From positions 256,001 through 320,000 of the forward strand of contig CAVUXE010000053.1 in the NCBI GenBank assembly GCA_963745235.1: a stretch of 64,000 nucleotides of DNA, read 5' to 3'. Under the pieces are notes generated by a model that was given only the letters and a program-made list of their open reading frames with translations, was not told the origin of the DNA and did no database searches. The stretch comes from an uncultured Spirochaetota bacterium. GTDB taxonomy: Bacteria > Spirochaetota > Spirochaetia > SZUA-6 > Fen-1364. Shown here one piece after another: positions 10,184 to 20,746 of the stretch. Position 1 is the stretch's first letter, and each line of letters opens with the position of its first letter. Position numbers and translations under genes: made by a program.

Positions 10184-11078
10184 ATGGAAAAGATCGCCAA
10201 GAAGATGAAGAAGGGCCGTTTCGACTTCCTCACCATGAAGAAGGAGGGCGTCAAGCTCACCTGGGTCACCGCCTATGACTACCCCATTGCCCATTTCGCG
10301 GAGCTGGCGGGGATCGACATGATCCTAGTGGGAGATTCCCTGGGTATGGTGGTCTACGGGTACGACGGCACCATTCCCGTCACCATGGATGAGTGCATCA
10401 TCCACTGCAAGGCCGTGCGCCGGGGCGCCCCCGCCACGTTCGTGGTGGGGGACATGCCCTTCCTGTCCTACCAGACAAGCGTGTATGACGCCATCACGAA
10501 TGCCGGGCGCTTCCTCAAGGAAGCGGGCATGGACGCCATCAAGCTGGAGGGGGGACGGCGGGTGACGGACAAGATCAGGGGGATCGCGGACGCCGGGCAT
10601 CCTGGTCATCGGCCATATCGGCCTGACCCCCCAGAGCAGCGGGCAGCTGGGAGGCTTCAAGGCGCAGGGACGGACTGCGGCCAGCGCAGAGGAGCTGATC
10701 CAGGATGCCCTTGCAATCCAGGAGGCCGGCGCGTTTGCCCTGCTCCTGGAGGCGGTCCCGCCGGAGCTGGGCAAGGCCATTGCGGAGCTCATTGACATTC
10801 CCGTGTACGGCATAGGAGCGGGAAAGTTCACGGACGGGCAGCTTCTCATCAACGGCGACATGCTGGGATACTTCGACGCTTTCACCCCCAAGTTCGTGAA
10901 GAAATACGCCAACCTTGCCCAGGTCATAACGGACGCATTCAAGAGCTACGTGGAGGACGTGCAGGGAGGCGCTTTTCCCGGGCCGGAGCACGGCTACTCC
11001 GTCCTGGACAAGGAGCTGGAGGCGTTCAACGACGTTGTCCAGAAGTACGCGGAAAGGAAAGACGGTCACAGGAAATGA
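10184..11078 (+). CDS. panB: 3-methyl-2-oxobutanoate hydroxymethyltransferase; frameshift near 10595
   Basis: [27 protein letters not shown], then [32 protein letters not shown] in the shifted frame. Confidence 0.9.
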
Positions 11079-12336
11079 AACAGCTGCTGAAAATCGACCG
11101 CACGGCCCTTGATTCGATCAACGAGCTTCTTCTGAGCGATGACAATCCCGGTGATCGAGGACCTCATCAGGATCGTGGACAAGCACGGTGGACCTGAAGG
11201 CAATCAACACGGCGGCCGCGGAGAACGGCAGGCTGGAAAATCTCCTGGAAAGGGTGAGGACAAAGAGCCCTCGCTACGCGGATGACCTTTCGTGGTTGAT
11301 CGAGCAGAAAGACAGCAGGAAGTTCATCTCTATGGAAGAGTTCAAGAAGAAGTCCGGCGCTCCTGACCGCGCTCAAGGACGACAGCTACCAGGTGACTCT
11401 GGAGATTTCCGCCCTTCAGTACTTCCCGTGGCTCATCGCCCAGGCGCGGCAGGCCATCGCGCGGGGAGAGCTGATGCCCAGCCGCTTCATCCGCGTGCGG
11501 GCAATGAAAGAGCAGGAGGAGGACGGGGACCTGCCTGCCGTCGCGGCCGGCATGAAGATTCTCGGCGCCTCCTGGGTGGAATCCCTGGACACGCGGGGGA
11601 CCGACGGATCGAACATCCACCTTGGCGGGCCCGGACACCATCACCGGATACTTCGGCGGCGTCGGCCAGCCCAACGACCACCCCTGCCAGTGGCTCGACG
11701 AGTACCTTCACTACTACACCACCTACGGCGTGAAGCAGGTCCTCAACCTCAACGGGGGAACGGTCCTCGCCGGCTATCTCCTGCACAAGCTCGGCGTCGA
11801 CATGGAGTTCAAGATCTCCGTCTTCATGGGCAACGACAATCCGTTCAACGTGCTGTGGACTCTTCTCACGGCACGGCTCTTTGCCCGGGAGGACGGCAGC
11901 ACGTCCCTGATCGGGTTCAACCTGTCCAACTCCGCGAACAACTGGACCATCGAGAGGGCGTCCGCAATCCGCGCGGCGCTCGGCTTCGAGGACAAGGTCC
12001 GCTTCGAGCACCACATCACGGAGACGTACAAGAGCATCGTCCGACAGCCCTACGACAGGCTCGACGAGCTGGTGGAGATCGCGCAAAAGGTGAGGAATAT
12101 CTCCGCGAAGCACGAGGGCGGGGTGCCGGGCACCGAGGCGCAGCGGGCCCACCCGTCGGACATCCTGGACTACTTCATGGCAAGGTCCGACGTGGAAGCA
12201 AAAGGGCTCATGCCGGCCATGGAGAGGAACTACCTGGACAAGCACGAATCTGTCCAAAGAACGGCGCGCGCCCTCCTTGCCGGCCGGCATCCCTGTCCTT
12301 GCGGCGCCGGAGCTCCATCACTGCCGGAGGGCGTGA
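11075..12336 (+). CDS. uncharacterised ~420-aa protein, broken by about five frameshifts
   Basis: ATGA overlap with panB stop; pieces join as [93 protein letters not shown]. Confidence 0.7.
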
Positions 12337-12414
12337 GGGGGACGGCGGCCGTCCGGCGCGTGTGGTGTTTCCACTCGGGCTGGAGTATTATCCCCCAAAA
12401 GGGGGTCCCGAGAA

Positions 12415-14104
12415 ATGAAGCCCAGGGCGATGTCATTGTTCGCGGTGGTGCTCCTTGCCCTCGGCCTGGGCGCCTGCGCCACCGTGGGCGGCCACGGCAC
12501 CGGACCCATCGACTCATTCACTTTCCTCGGCTCGGCCAACCCGGGGCTTTCCCGGGACGTCGTAGGCCGGATCATCGCCCAGGGAGAGCCGGAGCTCATC
12601 AACGTGGTGGTCCCCCACGGCATCGACATGAGAAAGCTGATTGCCTCCGTCAAGCTCACTACGAATGCCGTCGTCTCGGTGATGTCGGGCGAGCAGCGGA
12701 TCGTGCAGACGAACGGGATCACGGCGAACGATTTCTCCTCCCCGGTCCTGTACTCGGTGGAGATTCCCGGCGAGAAAGAGCCGTGGCGCTACCGCGTCGT
12801 GGTCAGGGAGGCGGACACGAACGCCCGCCTGGCGCAGGTCACCCTCCCCGCGCGGGCGGTCTTGCAGCCCGCATTCAGCGCGGTGGTTGACCAGTACACC
12901 ATCCAGGTGCCATTCGAGACCAGGAGCCTGAGCATCGCGGCTCTTGCCCAGAGCCCCAACCCCCAGAGCGTCACCATTGGCGGCACATCCACGCCCGGCC
13001 ACCTGGCGGTGGGGGAAGTTGACTTCTCCTCGGGTCAGCAGACCACGTTTCCCATTACCGTGCTCGCGGAAGACGGGACCACGAAGACCCGCTACACCTT
13101 CGTCGTGAAGCGAAACCCGCCGGACAAGAATGCCCTGCTCGGGGTCCTCTCTATTCCTGACGCGGTCTTCACCCAGCCCTTTTCTCCCGCAAAGTTCGCC
13201 TACTCCGCTTCCGTATCCTTCGAGGTGCGCGAGGTGACGCTGAACGCGCAGGCGCAGAGCCCGTTTGCCACGGTGAGCGTGATGGTCCCCGGCGGAAGCG
13301 GTGGACCAGTCCCCGCTTCGCGCGGCGCGAACGCGGGCAACGTGCGGGTGGACTTCCCGTCCGGCGGGAGGCTGCCCGGTAACCGTGACGGTGACCGCCC
13401 AGGACGGGACCACCCAGAAATACAACCTGGAGATTCTTCGCCGGGAGGCGAACAACAACAACAGGCTCTCGGATCTCGTGGTGACGGACGCCACGCTGAC
13501 CCCTCCGTTCAAGCCCGACACCCTGGCGTACACGGCAGAGGTCCCCTATTCGGTCACCCGGCTGACTATTCGCGCCCTGCCCCAGGACACGAACGCGTCA
13601 ATCAGCCTCGAAACGGCCGAGGCAACAGGACCGAATGCCTCTCCCCCCCCGTCCGTGCGCGTCTACCCGGGGGAGGCCGCCGGGCTGCAGGTCGAGTTTT
13701 CAGAGTCCGAGATGAAGGGACTGAACGTCGTCGCCACCGCGCAGAACGGGGAGACCCTTCGGTATACGCTCCTGCTTCACAGGTCGGCGCCGGACCGCAC
13801 GGCGGATCTGGCGTCCCTGACCGCCACCGCAGGCGTGCTTGCCCCTGCCTTTTCCGCCAAGGTGGACACCTTCACCCTGCGCCTTCCGGCGGACGCGACA
13901 GGCGTCCAGGTGACTGCGGCCGCGGCAAGCCAGTTCGCCCGGGTGTCGGCGTCTGACCTCGGGGACCCCGGCCGTTCGCAGAGCGCAACCGTTCCCGTGG
14001 ATGTGGATCCCGGGCAGAAAACCATCATCCGATTCTTCGTGACCGCGGAGGACGGCACTCAGAAGCTCTTCCAGGTCCAGGTGACGCGAGACCTCCCCAA
14101 GTAA
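12415..14104 (+). CDS. lipoprotein with repeated cadherin-like beta-sandwich domains; frameshift near 13377
   Basis: lipobox LGAC; four repeats of the N/D-A-x-L...P-x-F-x-x...Y...V-T/L-A-E/Q-D/N-G-T-x-x-x-Y type. Confidence 0.8.
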
Positions 14105-14275
14105 AGGTATGTCGTCAGAGGCCTCACCCTGGGGGGCCGTCGACCGGGACGCCGGCGCTCCGATAGCTGCGGCACTTTGAAACGAGCTCGAACATCTCCA
14201 TGGTGACACGAATTGCGCACGCGCAGGCCCGCACTTGCAAAGAGGTACGGGATGGGATATGAGATCGCGAGGCGC

Positions 14276-15631
14276 ATGAACGTGGCAGAGCATTTCGACC
14301 TTGTGATCGTGGGAACAGGCCCCGCTGGCCTTGGCTGCGCATTTGCCTTCCTGGAGGCACGGCCGGCCTCATCGGTCCTTCTCATCGACAAGTCCTCCCT
14401 CAGCACCGGCGGCCTGTGCAACGACTGCAAGATGAACTTCACGTTCCCCATCGGCTTTCCCCTGGAATACTGGGATCCGCATGCGGCGGAAAGCTACCTG
14501 AGCCTGGTCAGTGATCGCCTGCATCCCCGGATCCTTGCGAAGACCAACCTCGGCATTTACGCGAACAGGGCCCAGAAGCTGGGGGTCTCGCTCCTCGAAG
14601 TGCGGCAGAGCCACCTCGGTACGGACGGAGGCATTGCTCTGGCCCACGGGATGACGGAGGAGATAGCGAGGGCAGGAGCAGCGTTCTCCCTGGGGGAGAC
14701 CGCCCTCGATGTTCGGGAGGCTGAGCATCTCCTCCTGACGGATCGAAGGGAAGTCGGCTACCGAAGCCTGGTCGTGGCGCCCGGCAGGAAAGGGTTCTCC
14801 TTTCTCCAGAAGCTCATGGACAGGCTGGAGGTCCCCTACAGGGACAACGTGGTGGATATCGGGCTTCGCCTGGAAATGCGTGAGAACAACTATCCGATCG
14901 TCCGGGACTATTACGATCCGAAGTTTCACTTTCCCCAGAAAGTCCGCACGTTTTGCACCAACAGCGGCAGGGCCTTCGTGGTGAAGGAGAAGTATGAGAC
15001 CGCGGACGGGCACCCCTACTTCAGCGTGAACGGCCACTCCTTCTCTGAACGAGGGGAGGCAAGCGGCCTGGTGAACTTCGCGCTCCTGAAGACCGTCCGT
15101 TTCACCGAGCCGCTGGCGAGCGGCCAGGCCTTCGCGGAGATGCTCGGCCAGCAGGCCGTGCTGATGGGCGGCGGCCAGCCGCTGATGCAGCGCGTCGGGG
15201 ACTTCCGCCTCGGCAAGCGGTCCAAGGCGGAGAGCTTCAACGAGGACCTCTACGATTTTCGACCGACCCTGTCCGGCTGCACCCCGGGAGATATTGCCCT
15301 TGCCATGCCTTCCAAGATCCTTCGCGCAATCTGGCGCGCCATGAAGCTCCTGGACACCATCATCCCCGGCGTGCTCCACCCGTCTACCGTCATGTACTAC
15401 CCCGAGATCAAGCTTTACGGCAACAAGCCCCGATTCATGGATGCCACGTTCCAGGCGAGGCCCGGGATCTGGATGATCGGGGATGGCGCCGGCACGAGCC
15501 GCGGAATCACGGCCGCGTGGGCAAGCGGCATACGCGCGGCTGAAGGCATCCTGCGGCAGGATGGCAACGGGACCCTGGCTTCTTTCCCTCCGAGGGTGGC
15601 TGCGGGAGACCGCGGCGCCGGAGCAACCTAA
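14276..15631 (+). CDS. FAD-dependent oxidoreductase (COG2509-like)
   Basis: IVGTGPAG, HLGTDG, APGRKG, VRTFCTN, YYPEIKLY, IGDGAGTSRGI. Confidence 0.82.
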   Translation: MNVAEHFDLVIVGTGPAGLGCAFAFLEARPASSVLLIDKSSLSTGGLCNDCKMNFTFPIGFPLEYWDPHAAESYLSLVSDRLHPRILAKTNLGIYANRAQKLGVSLLEVRQSHLGTDGGIALAHGMTEEIARAGAAFSLGETALDVREAEHLLLTDRREVGYRSLVVAPGRKGFSFLQKLMDRLEVPYRDNVVDIGLRLEMRENNYPIVRDYYDPKFHFPQKVRTFCTNSGRAFVVKEKYETADGHPYFSVNGHSFSERGEASGLVNFALLKTVRFTEPLASGQAFAEMLGQQAVLMGGGQPLMQRVGDFRLGKRSKAESFNEDLYDFRPTLSGCTPGDIALAMPSKILRAIWRAMKLLDTIIPGVLHPSTVMYYPEIKLYGNKPRFMDATFQARPGIWMIGDGAGTSRGITAAWASGIRAAEGILRQDGNGTLASFPPRVAAGDRGAGAT

Positions 15632-15666
15632 CCGAGAATTCACACGGTCTTCACAGCGGCCTAACA
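15628..15666 (+). promoter_or_regulatory. Pho-box-like direct repeat array upstream of phnX
   Basis: CTAACC/TTCACA/TTCACA/CTAACA at 15628, 15639, 15650, 15661 (11-bp period); TATTTT -10 at 15680. Confidence 0.75.
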
Positions 15667-15691
15667 AAGCCCGAAGATGTATTTTCGAATC

Positions 15692-16551
15692 ATGCGCAAA
15701 ATGGATATCAACGGAAGTGAGGGGGCCGGCGTTGCGGCGGTCATCTTCGACTGGGCGGGAACCATCGTGGATTACGGGTGCTTTGCCCCGGCGGTCTCTC
15801 TGGTGGAAACCTTCGCGGACCGGGGCGTGCACATCACCCTGGCCCAGGCGCGCGGGCCGATGGGACTGGAGAAGAAGGAGCACATCCGCCGTCTTCTTGC
15901 GGATCAGGAAATCAGCGGCCTTTGGAGGGCTGCCGCCGGCGCGGATCCCCGGCCCCAGGACGCGGACTCGTTGTATGAGGAGCTTGAGCCGCGGCTGGTG
16001 ACCGCGGTGAAGAGGCATGCCCAGCTTGTCCCCGGCACCAGGGAGCTGGCGGAGGAGCTTCGCTGCTGGGGCATCGGGATCGGGTCCACCACGGGATACC
16101 TGCGGCCACTCATGGACATCCTCACGGCGGAAGCCGCGCGGCAGGGGTTCATCGCGGACGCCGTGATCTGCCCCTCTGATGTTCCCGGCCGGCGGCCCTT
16201 CCCGTGGATGTGCTTCCTGAACGCCATGAGGCTCAAGGCATATCCTCCGCGGAGGATCGTGAAGATCGGCGACACGCCCGCGGACATCATGGAAGGCCTC
16301 AACGCCGGCATGTGGACAATCGGCGTCACGTTGTCCGGCAACGAAGTGGGACTTCGCCGGCCGACGTGGAGGGAATGAGCGCGGAGGAGCGCTGCACGCG
16401 CGTCCAGGAGGCGGAGAAGCGCCTGCGGGCTTCCGGCGCTCACTACACGGCGGAGAGCGTGGCGGAATGCCGGGACATCCTGGCGAGGATCGAGGAGCGA
16501 ACCATCCGCGGCGAGCACCCATCACGGGAGAAGTCGCATGAGCGCGCCTGA
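15692..16551 (+). CDS. phnX: phosphonoacetaldehyde hydrolase; frameshift near 16355
   Basis: [26 protein letters not shown] (Schiff-base Lys), [24 protein letters not shown]; C-terminus GAHYTAESV in another frame. Confidence 0.92.
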
Positions 16552-17668
16552 GCGGCCCCCCAACCCTTACGTGCTCCTCACTCCGGGGCCCCTCAGCACC
16601 ACTGCCAGCGTGAAGGAAGTCATGCTGCGGGACTGGTGCACATGGGACGCGGACTACAACGGGATTGTGCAGGATATCCGACGACGTCTCGTCGAGCTGG
16701 CGACCCGCAGGTTCCGCCAGGACTACACGAGCGTTCTGATGCAGGGCTCAGGCACTTTCAGCGTTGAAGCCACCCTGGGGACAGTGATCCCGCCTGCCGG
16801 CAAGGTCCTGGTCCTGGCCAACGGCGCATACGGGGAGCGGATGGGGCACATCGCCGGGAGGCTCGCCATTGAGAATGCCGTCCTTCGAAGCGATGAGACG
16901 ACGTGGCCAGACCCGTCCCTGCTGAGAGAGGCTCTGAGCGCGGACCCCGCCATCACGCACGTCGCCCTGGTGCACTGCGAGACGACCACGGGCATCCTCA
17001 ATCCCCTGGAAGAGATTGCGGCCGTCGTGCGCGAAAGCGGCCGCTCCTTCATTGTGGACGCGATGAGCAGCTTCGGCGGGATTCCGATGGACGTCGGCGA
17101 GCTGGGAGTGGATTTCCTGGTGAGCAGCTCGAACAAGTGCATCCAGGGGGTGCCGGGATTCGCTTTCGTCATTGCCAGGAGGAAGGCGTTGGGTGCGTGC
17201 GAGGGCCAGGCGCGCTCGCTCTCCCTGGACCTCTACGACCAGTGGCGGACAATGGAGAATGAGAACGGAAAGTGGAGGTTCACGTCTCCCACCCATGTGG
17301 TCAGGGCCTTCGCCCAGGCTCTCCGGGAGCTGGACGAAGAAGGGGGAGTGGAAGCCCGGTCCGCGCGGTATCGAGCGAATCATTTCATGCTGGTGCGCGG
17401 GATGGGTCAGCTCGGGTTCACGTGTCTTCTCCCGGCAGAGCTTCAGTCTCCAATCATAACCTCGTTTCTGGAGCCTGCCGCTGCGAGGTATGCCTTTCCA
17501 CGGTTCTACGCCGACCTGAAGGCGGGCGGCTTCGTGATCTATCCCGGCAAGGTATCCCGGGCAAACACCTTCCGGATCGGGACAATCGGCGACGTCAACC
17601 CCGCCACGATCAGCTCCCTCATCGAGACCATGAAAGGCTGCATCTCCTGGGCGACTGCCGGCAAATAA
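16538..17668 (+). CDS. phnW: 2-aminoethylphosphonate-pyruvate transaminase
   Basis: [55 protein letters not shown]. Confidence 0.95.
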   Translation: MSAPERPPNPYVLLTPGPLSTTASVKEVMLRDWCTWDADYNGIVQDIRRRLVELATRRFRQDYTSVLMQGSGTFSVEATLGTVIPPAGKVLVLANGAYGERMGHIAGRLAIENAVLRSDETTWPDPSLLREALSADPAITHVALVHCETTTGILNPLEEIAAVVRESGRSFIVDAMSSFGGIPMDVGELGVDFLVSSSNKCIQGVPGFAFVIARRKALGACEGQARSLSLDLYDQWRTMENENGKWRFTSPTHVVRAFAQALRELDEEGGVEARSARYRANHFMLVRGMGQLGFTCLLPAELQSPIITSFLEPAAARYAFPRFYADLKAGGFVIYPGKVSRANTFRIGTIGDVNPATISSLIETMKGCISWATAGK

Positions 17669-17704
17669 ACCGATTCTTAACGCCGGCCTAATCGAAAACT
17701 AATG
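17666..17704 (+). promoter_or_regulatory. second Pho-box-like array upstream of phnG
   Basis: TAAACC/TTAACG/CTAATC/CTAATG at 17666, 17677, 17688, 17699 (11-bp period). Confidence 0.65.
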
Positions 17705-17728
17705 GAATCATGGGTCTCTTGTCTGGCC

Positions 17729-18139
17729 ATGATGGACTATTCGGAGATCGCGGCCGAGGCAAGCGCTGAAGCGGTGCGCCGGATTGCGGAGGCGGTCGTC
17801 AACCAGCTTCCCGTCAGAATCCTGAAATCCCCCTCTCCGGGAATGGTGATGGTGCGGCAGGTCGACCCGCTGGAAAACATCATCTTCCATCTCGGGGAGG
17901 CTTACGTCACCGAGTGCGAGGTGGAGGTCGACGGTCTCCCCGGATATGGCTGCGTGCTGGGCTCGGGTGAGGATCGGGCGCTGTGCAGCGCCCTGCTGGA
18001 TGCGGTGATCGGCGGCGGGCATGCGGCGACCGCGGAGATCGCGCCGCTCCTGGAAGCCGAGGAGAAACGGATCAGGGAGCGATGGGACACGGAAAGCAAG
18101 GCCGCGGCGACCACGCGCGTGAGCTTCGAAGTTCGGTAG
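17729..18139 (+). CDS. phnG: C-P lyase subunit PhnG
   Basis: P..GMVMVR, FHLGEAYVTECEV, AATTRVSFEV; position before phnH. Confidence 0.88.
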   Translation: MMDYSEIAAEASAEAVRRIAEAVVNQLPVRILKSPSPGMVMVRQVDPLENIIFHLGEAYVTECEVEVDGLPGYGCVLGSGEDRALCSALLDAVIGGGHAATAEIAPLLEAEEKRIRERWDTESKAAATTRVSFEVR

Positions 18140-18150
18140 GAGAGCTGGGA

Positions 18151-18762
18151 ATGGTGCGGGAAACAGTGTTCGACGAGGTCTTCGACAGCCAGGCTGTGTT
18201 CCGCGCCCTTCTCGATTCGTTGAGCAGGCCGGGGACCATTTCGATGATTGCGCCGCGGCCGTACGGATCGCTGCCGGGCGGGCTTTTGCCGCCGGCTCTT
18301 TCGATCCTGAAGACCCTGTGCGATCACCACGTTTCATTCTCCCTGGGCTCCGCCGGAGCGAAACCCGAATGGGTGAGCTACCTCGAGATGAACCTGTCCA
18401 CTCCTTTCCGACGGGTGGACGAGGCTGACTACGTCCTTTTCGACGGGGAGGAGTTCGACGCGGACTTCCTCCGCCTGAATCCGGGCTCGCTCGAGTTCCC
18501 CGAGCGTTCCGGCGACCGCTCTTCTCTGCGTCCGGCTGCTTTCCGACCAGGGAGAGCCCGTGCGCGGACGCCGCGAGCTGATCCTCGGGGGCCGGGCGTC
18601 AAGGGACGCGCGCGTCTTTCCGTGGACGGCCTCGATGCGCGCTACATCGAAGAGCGCGCGAACGCAAACAGGTTCTACCCGATGGGGATCGACCTCCTGC
18701 TTGTCGACGCCGAGGGAAGGGTCGCGGGAGTTCCCCGCACGAGCGCGGTGGAGGCCGGCTGA
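18151..18762 (+). CDS. phnH: C-P lyase subunit PhnH (compensating frameshift pair near 18510 and 18593)
   Basis: DSQAVFRALLDSLSRPG, GSLEFPERS, GPGVKG, YPMGIDLLL, GVPRT. Confidence 0.88.
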   Translation: MVRETVFDEVFDSQAVFRALLDSLSRPGTISMIAPRPYGSLPGGLLPPALSILKTLCDHHVSFSLGSAGAKPEWVSYLEMNLSTPFRRVDEADYVLFDGEEFDADFLRLNPGSLEFPERSGDRSSLRPAAFRPGRARARTPRADPRGPGVKGRARLSVDGLDARYIEERANANRFYPMGIDLLLVDAEGRVAGVPRTSAVEAG

Positions 18763-19853
18763 TGGGGTACGTCGCGGTCCAGGGCGGCGTCACCGCCATT
18801 GAAAGCTCGCAGAAGCTCAACCGGTACCTCAGGCTCCGGGGGGAAAGCGCCCCGCTCTCGGTCAACCAGATCATGGACCAGATGGGCCCGCTCGTGGACA
18901 GGGTCATGGGCGAGGGCGGGCTGTACTCACCCTTCCACGCGGCCCTTGCCATCAAACAGGCATCCGGCGACCCCATCGAGGCGGCGTTCCTGCTGCGCGC
19001 CTACCGGGCGACGCTGCGGCGCCTCGTGGATTCGCTGCCGGTGCGCACCGAGGAGATGAGGATACTGCGCCGCATTTCCAGCGCCTTCAAGACCATCCCC
19101 GGAGGCCAGGTCCTCGGTTCCACCTCCGACTACGAGCAGCGGATCCTCGACTTCTCACTCGCCGAGGAGACCGTGGAGACGCAGCGCGAGGCAGTGCGCG
19201 AGTTCGAGGCGGGTCTCGGGGACCATGGGGAGCCGCTTTCCCCCGGGCACTTCCGCAAGGTGGTGGACATGCTCCGCGACCAGGGCCTGGTGCCGCCCGT
19301 GCCGCCGCGCTCCGACGCCCCGCCGACGGACGTCACGCAGGAGTCCGCGACGTTCCCGCTTGACCGCAGCGGCCGTCTGCAGATGCTCGCCCGGGCGGAA
19401 ACGGGCGGGGTGCTCGCCCTGGCGTACAGCAGCATGCGCGGCTATGGCAGCATTCATCCCACCGTGGGAGAGCTGCGCGTCGGCCGGGTCCGCGTGCAGA
19501 TCCCGCACCCCTGGCGGAAGGGGAGGGCGGTCACCCTCGGCTCCGCGGCCATCACCGAGGTGGAGATCGTCGCTTCGTTCCATCGCTCCGAGGGGGAAGC
19601 GAAGCCGACTTTCAGCCTGGGGTACGGCTCATGCTTCGGCCATAACGAAGTGAAGGCCATCTCGCTCGGGGTCCTGGACCGGGCCATGAGGTCTCCGACT
19701 CCCGGGGCGCCCGCGGAGGACCACGAGTTCGTCCTGCTGCACACTGACGGCGTGGAGTCTTCGGGGTTCTGCTCCCATTTCAAGCTTCCCCACTATGTCA
19801 CCTTCCAGGCGGACCTCGACAGGCTGCGCACCCAGAGGGGAGTCGAAGAATGA
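18762..19853 (+). CDS. phnI: C-P lyase subunit PhnI
   Basis: MGYVAVQGG, EAAFLLRAYR, RRISSAFKTIPGGQ, HPTVGELR, HFKLPHYVTFQ. Confidence 0.95.
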   Translation: MGYVAVQGGVTAIESSQKLNRYLRLRGESAPLSVNQIMDQMGPLVDRVMGEGGLYSPFHAALAIKQASGDPIEAAFLLRAYRATLRRLVDSLPVRTEEMRILRRISSAFKTIPGGQVLGSTSDYEQRILDFSLAEETVETQREAVREFEAGLGDHGEPLSPGHFRKVVDMLRDQGLVPPVPPRSDAPPTDVTQESATFPLDRSGRLQMLARAETGGVLALAYSSMRGYGSIHPTVGELRVGRVRVQIPHPWRKGRAVTLGSAAITEVEIVASFHRSEGEAKPTFSLGYGSCFGHNEVKAISLGVLDRAMRSPTPGAPAEDHEFVLLHTDGVESSGFCSHFKLPHYVTFQADLDRLRTQRGVEE

Positions 19854-20746
19854 CGCTGCAGGAGCTTCTGCCGCGGGGAAAGGGCTTTCGCTACAACTTC
19901 GCCTTTGTCGACGAGGGGGTGAAGAAGGAAGTCCGACGCGCCCTCCTGAAAGCCGTGGCCCTTCCGGGCCACCAGGTGCCTTTTGCATCCCCCGAGCTCC
20001 CGATCGCCCGGGGGTGGGGGACAGGGGGCCTCCAGGTGACGATGTCCATCATCGGCCCGAACGATGTGCTGAAGATCATAGATCAGGGCTGCGATGGAAG
20101 CGTGAACGCCGTCAACCTGCGGAAGCTCCTGGTGGCGACAACCGGCGTGCGCACCACTTTCGATTCGCGGGAAGCAACGGTGCTGCAGTCCCGGCACCGC
20201 CTTCCCGAGATCCCCCTTCGCGCCGACCAGATCGCTGTCCTGCAGGTCCCGCTCCCCGAGCCCCTTCGGCTCGTTGAGCCGAGCGAGGTGGAGACGCGGC
20301 GGATGCACTCCGAGGGGGACTATGCGCGCATGTGGGTGTCCCTGTACGAGGACATCGTTCGAAACGGGTCCATCTCCCTCACGTCCGGCTATCCCTGCCG
20401 CGTGAACGAAACCTACATCATGTCTCCCTCACCCCTCCCTCGATGGGACCTGCCGCTGCTCCACGATGCCGAGCACCTGACCCTCCTTGGCGCCGGCCGC
20501 GAGAAGCGGGTCTACGCGGTGCCGCCGCATACCTCCGTGCGGCCGCTGGAGTTCGACGACATGCCGTTCGCCGTGGAGGATTTCTCCGGCATGATCTGCG
20601 CGCGCTGCGGGTCAAGCGGCACGTTCCTGGACGAGATCTATGATGAAAAGAGCGGCGAGCCGTCACGCGTGTGCTCGGATTCCGGGTTCTGCGACCTGGT
20701 GCTCCAGGGGGCCATCCCCCGACGAGGGAGACGCGCCCATGGCTGA
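19850..20746 (+). CDS. phnJ: C-P lyase radical-SAM subunit PhnJ
   Basis: GWGTGG glycyl motif, IDQG, GAGREKR, CX2CX21CX5C cluster motif. Confidence 0.96.
   Translation: MTLQELLPRGKGFRYNFAFVDEGVKKEVRRALLKAVALPGHQVPFASPELPIARGWGTGGLQVTMSIIGPNDVLKIIDQGCDGSVNAVNLRKLLVATTGVRTTFDSREATVLQSRHRLPEIPLRADQIAVLQVPLPEPLRLVEPSEVETRRMHSEGDYARMWVSLYEDIVRNGSISLTSGYPCRVNETYIMSPSPLPRWDLPLLHDAEHLTLLGAGREKRVYAVPPHTSVRPLEFDDMPFAVEDFSGMICARCGSSGTFLDEIYDEKSGEPSRVCSDSGFCDLVLQGAIPRRGRRAHG

Noticed and set aside
10184-12336. Programmed frameshifting or true pseudogenisation of panB and its neighbour
   Set aside because: No slippery heptamers or internal decay; similar single-base indels occur across the window, so assembly error is more likely.
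14276-15631. FAD oxidoreductase as a PbfB/C/D-type N-methyl-AEP oxidase because it abuts phnX
   Set aside because: Motifs (HLGTD, RTFCTN, YPEIK) fit the generic COG2509 family, and it lies upstream of the Pho-box promoter.
14369-16525. Long antisense and alternate-frame ORFs (718 aa here; also 21754-23523, 37969-39651, 5197-6657)
   Set aside because: Shadow ORFs of real high-GC genes; Arg/Gly/Pro-rich with no motifs.
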